A stretch of DNA of 64,000 nucleotides from an uncultured Nitrososphaerota archaeon (GTDB taxonomy: Archaea; Thermoproteota; Nitrososphaeria; Nitrososphaerales; Gagatemarchaeaceae): contig CAVRAG010000008.1 in NCBI GenBank assembly GCA_963718895.1, forward strand, positions 1,152,001 to 1,216,000. Direction: 5' to 3'. Within the stretch, counting starts at the first letter, position 1. Every line of letters begins with the position of its first letter. Positions 60,833 to 64,000 of this stretch are shown here, piece after piece. The notes beneath the pieces are model-generated. The model did no database searches and had not been told where the DNA came from. It was given only the letters and a program-made list of their open reading frames with translations. The position numbers and the translations under genes were made by a program.

Positions 60833-60920
60833 AATCCTGCAGTCGCGCTCCGCGGCGATGCCGTACCAGTTGAGGGAGGCGAGGAACGAGGACTCGGAGT
60901 CAGTATGGCTGACCCGGAAC

Positions 60921-61154
60921 TCACTGTAATTTCTGCTGAATCTCTTCGGGTTCGCCGGGCTGGTCGGCGTTCGACCCCTCCTCCCTTTCTACTACATTCG
61001 CCCTCTCCTCCACCTGCACGATCCCGAGGTACCGGGTCACGACTCTGCCGTTCACCCTGCTCACCCCCTGAGCGAACGCGTAGGGGCCGGTCCTAGCTGC
61101 CTTCGGATATAATCTGCCTTTGATATGCTTCCTGTAGAAGACTGTCGCGCACAT
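60921..61154 (-). CDS. Small basic hypothetical protein
   Basis: GPYAF...RVNGRVVTRYLG pattern. Confidence 0.55.
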   Translation of the reverse strand: MCATVFYRKHIKGRLYPKAARTGPYAFAQGVSRVNGRVVTRYLGIVQVEERANVVEREEGSNADQPGEPEEIQQKLQ

Positions 61155-61209
61155 AGCCTATCGTGCGCGAGGGAAGATAAGCACCCATGATGTTGTAGAA
61201 ACACGAAAT

Positions 61210-61491
61210 CTATGCGCTTCTCACGCCCCAAAGTGAGCCGATCTGGGACGAAGATGCTGCCCAAGCGGCGATTATCACGACCACAAGCAGCGCAATCACT
61301 GCGAGGATTCCCATGGTCATTCCCCACTGTCGGCTTTTCCTGAATACCGTTATCGACAACCCTGCCATGGAGATGGGCGCGACGTAGAGCAGACCCCAGG
61401 GCAGGGCGAGCGGAATCGGCGAGAACGGGACGAGCAGGCCGGTGGCGACGAAGACCAGGCCAGCGCTGAGGTTTAGCGGGTTCATGGTCAC
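61210..61491 (-). CDS. Small three-TM protein
   Basis: Hydrophobic 93-aa ORF. Confidence 0.6.
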   Translation of the reverse strand: MTMNPLNLSAGLVFVATGLLVPFSPIPLALPWGLLYVAPISMAGLSITVFRKSRQWGMTMGILAVIALLVVVIIAAWAASSSQIGSLWGVRSA

Positions 61492-61512
61492 TTCGCGGTG
61501 TCGCTCCCGAAT

Positions 61513-62098
61513 TCAGCAAAGGTTTGGTGGTCCGCCGCAGGACGAAGCCAGCAGGAAGACGGCGTAGGGTACCGGACTGTGAGGATAGTTGTAGTCGCCG
61601 ACGTATTCGACGAGGATGCCTGCTCGTGGAGAAGTGTGGTTGATGGTTAGGATGTACGTAGGCAGGGGTTCGAAGTACCCGGCTCGCCCTATGGTCTCGT
61701 TGCTCCCACCGGGGAACTTTATGTTCAGTTGAACCACGTCTGCCCATACCACGGTGGACGAGCTGTTCGAGCCTGGGCAGCCTTGATCGATAGGAGGGCA
61801 TATCGTCTGGAACGTCAATCCATCAAATGTGACCGACCCGTTCAGGAAGTAGCTGTATCCGGGACTTCCGATCACGATGTCGCCTGAGATGTCGTCGGCC
61901 CAGTACCACCTCCCGTTCACGTCAAGCGAGAAGACGACGCTGGAGGGAGAGGTCGTGCTTTCGGGACTCGTGATTGTGCTCGTCGTGGTTGTCGTTGTCG
62001 TCTGAGTCGAGGTTGTAGTGGTGGTCTTCGGCATTCCCGTGAACGCGACGAAGACGCTTGCCGAGATCAGCACACCGGCTATGACTATCGCCGCCGCG
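61513..62098 (-). pseudogene. 5'-truncated secreted Thr-rich protein, paralog of 28817-29690
   Basis: AAAIVIAGVLISASVF leader is cut at ~62098 by a junction to an RHH/SWIM gene tail. Confidence 0.65.
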
Positions 62099-62156
62099 CT
62101 GCCACAGGTCAGGAACGCAATCAGACGCTAGAGCTTCGCGGTTCTCGCCGTTCAAT

Positions 62157-63337
62157 CGCGGACGTTCCCTCCTCTGGAGGGCCCGTGACCCGCTGGGTAT
62201 TCATCGAACCGCAGATTCTCCGAGACTTCGCATCTATTTATCCTAATGTCTGTAGGCCCCTTCCAGAGGGGCGCTTGGTTACCGCCAAGAAGAAGGACTA
62301 TCTCGGGACCTTCAGTGGTCTGGCGCGAGCCACGTTCCTAGGCGAGACCTATCACCTTGACAACAATAGTTACGTCCTGCAGCCAGCCCTTCTGGGGAAG
62401 TATGACCTGCTGCGCTCTATCACCAACCCAGCTTCCGAGTTTGACCGATTAGTCCGGGATCTACCGTCGGAGTTCAAGTCAGTCGCCCGAACCGAGCTAT
62501 ACCGGAAGAACGCCGGATGGATCGAACGAGGCGAGAGAGACAGGAGATTCAAGGAAATCGAACTCGACGGCAAACCATTCATCATCCCCATCTTGAGCAA
62601 GGGTAGCGTAGGGATAGACACGAGCAGCGATTCTGGTCTCACCTACATCTGCATAGCGTGCTTTGATGACGCCGAGTGTGGATACACATTCTTGGAAAGG
62701 CACCTCAAGCTGCCGAAGGCTATCGAGCCGACCGAATTCAAGTGGTCGAAACTCGACTCCGACAATCGAAATGCGGTGGTCAGCGCCCTCCCAGGCCTCG
62801 TCAAGATGTCCACAAACGCAATCTTGGTGATTAAGACCAATGCCTTGGTAAGTCCCGAAGAGAAGACGACGGACGCTTTCATTAAGCTGATTGACGGATG
62901 CTTTTCAGGCTACGAGCGACTCCAGGGCGAGTTCAGGGTGCGGCTGAGGCAAAGGTTCTTCTCGCTTACGAACGACGTGGCGGTACACTGCGACGCGGAT
63001 TTCAGCCCGACGACAACGGAGAAGATTGTCCGACACCTGGTGAGGGTTGTCTCTGGCGGGAGCGCCTACACTCCTCTCCTTGCCAGCTTGAAGTCGGAGG
63101 AGTCCCATCCGATCCAGGTCGCGGATGTGATTTGTGGAGCCGCAAAAGCCCTGATTCGGGAGGGGCGGCTTTCCGAAGCGGGATTGGAGCAATTACCCTT
63201 CAATAACAGACTGAAAGGCAAGGGCAAGGAGGCCAAGGCTTACTACTGGACCAGATGAGGAAAGAGGACTCAGGTGCCGAGAGTCGTTGACCCTTGGCGC
63301 GGACGTTCCCTCCTCTGGAGGGCCCGTGACCCGCTGG
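62157..63337. repeat. Perfect 40-bp direct repeats (62157-62196, 63298-63337)
   Basis: cgcggacgttccctcctctggagggcccgtgacccgctgg occurs twice. Confidence 0.9.
62185..63258 (+). CDS. DUF3800-like protein
   Basis: GIDTS, EFKWS and IQVADVICG motifs. Confidence 0.65.
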   Translation: MTRWVFIEPQILRDFASIYPNVCRPLPEGRLVTAKKKDYLGTFSGLARATFLGETYHLDNNSYVLQPALLGKYDLLRSITNPASEFDRLVRDLPSEFKSVARTELYRKNAGWIERGERDRRFKEIELDGKPFIIPILSKGSVGIDTSSDSGLTYICIACFDDAECGYTFLERHLKLPKAIEPTEFKWSKLDSDNRNAVVSALPGLVKMSTNAILVIKTNALVSPEEKTTDAFIKLIDGCFSGYERLQGEFRVRLRQRFFSLTNDVAVHCDADFSPTTTEKIVRHLVRVVSGGSAYTPLLASLKSEESHPIQVADVICGAAKALIREGRLSEAGLEQLPFNNRLKGKGKEAKAYYWTR

Positions 63338-63439
63338 ACTCTCGACCTTGGGTACCTAAGCCTGCCACAACGAATTCGCCCCGCTATATAAGCAGGTATC
63401 TGGTAACGACTTCCAGACGCTGGCCCTATCGCAGCATCG

Positions 63440-63572
63440 TGACTCCGAAAGACGAGTGGTCTCACCGAGCAAGGTCAAGTCTACTGCGAGATGGACGACA
63501 ACACGGACTACTGCCCGCAGATGGCGTTCGCGGCGGCTCTACCCCCAGGTAAGGAAGGCCATCAGAAGATGA
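63440..63572 (+). pseudogene. Decayed RHH/SWIM gene tail
   Basis: YCEMDDNTDYCPQMAFAAALP matches 35700-35797. Confidence 0.7.
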
Positions 63573-63659
63573 AGGTAGAGGCTCCATTGCGGGTTCTCCA
63601 GGGAGTGATACTGTCCTGGATGGTCGCTGTCGCGTCGGGGCGAGATCTAGACAGCAGAG

Positions 63660-64000
63660 CTAGCACGAGATGCTCTCGGTTTGCGTTTGATTCGAAGCGG
63701 TTAGCGTCCTGTTGGTTACGGTGGTGAAGGACACAGCGGACGAGTTTGTTATGGTAGCTGGATAGGTGTACGTAATGGTGGTCGATTGCCCAAAAGGCGG
63801 GCTCGTGTACGTGATGCTGGTCGTTCCAGAAACCGTGACGCACTTCGGCACATAGATTATCACGAGTACGGTCTGCTCGGTTACGGTGAGCAGCGTGTAG
63901 ATGTGACCCGACGAATAGATCACGGTTACGGTGGTTGGCACCGTTTCAGTCGAGGTGGTAAGGAGCGTCTGAAAGCGCGTGACAGATGAGGTTCTCGTGG
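63660..64000 (-). CDS. Thr-rich secreted protein, 3' part (runs off the window)
   Basis: Thr-rich ORF; paralogous remnant at 8280-8448. Confidence 0.6.
   Translation of the reverse strand, partial: TRTSSVTRFQTLLTTSTETVPTTVTVIYSSGHIYTLLTVTEQTVLVIIYVPKCVTVSGTTSITYTSPPFGQSTTITYTYPATITNSSAVSFTTVTNRTLTASNQTQTESISC

Overview
Archaeal accessory DNA: TATA-type promoters, TFB-like genes and an intron-containing tRNA-Trp; a Nitrososphaerota-like host is inferred, not proven. The window appears to hold two related integrative conjugative elements on either side of tRNA-Trp (40303-40446), each with an adjacent tyrosine integrase. The left element carries VirB4-, VirB6- and VirD4-like genes, ParB with candidate parS repeats, ArdC-like and TFB-like genes and many secreted-protein cargo genes. 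The right element carries defence-type nucleases and a second ArdC/TFB module. Three observations stand out. (1) The second TFB gene is split in frame by two group II introns that begin GCGCG and end in AG instead of AY, supported by a compensatory gamma-gamma' C-G pair and by EBS1/EBS2/delta matches. (2) Each intron carries a passenger membrane-protein gene. (3) A dispersed family of single-gene, promoter-bearing cassettes starts with GTTCGGACAAA plus a TATA-like box, is often bounded by short GTT-core direct repeats, and one member sits inside an intron loop. Many 1-nt frameshifts are present and may be assembly errors. All protein calls come from motif reading, not database searches.
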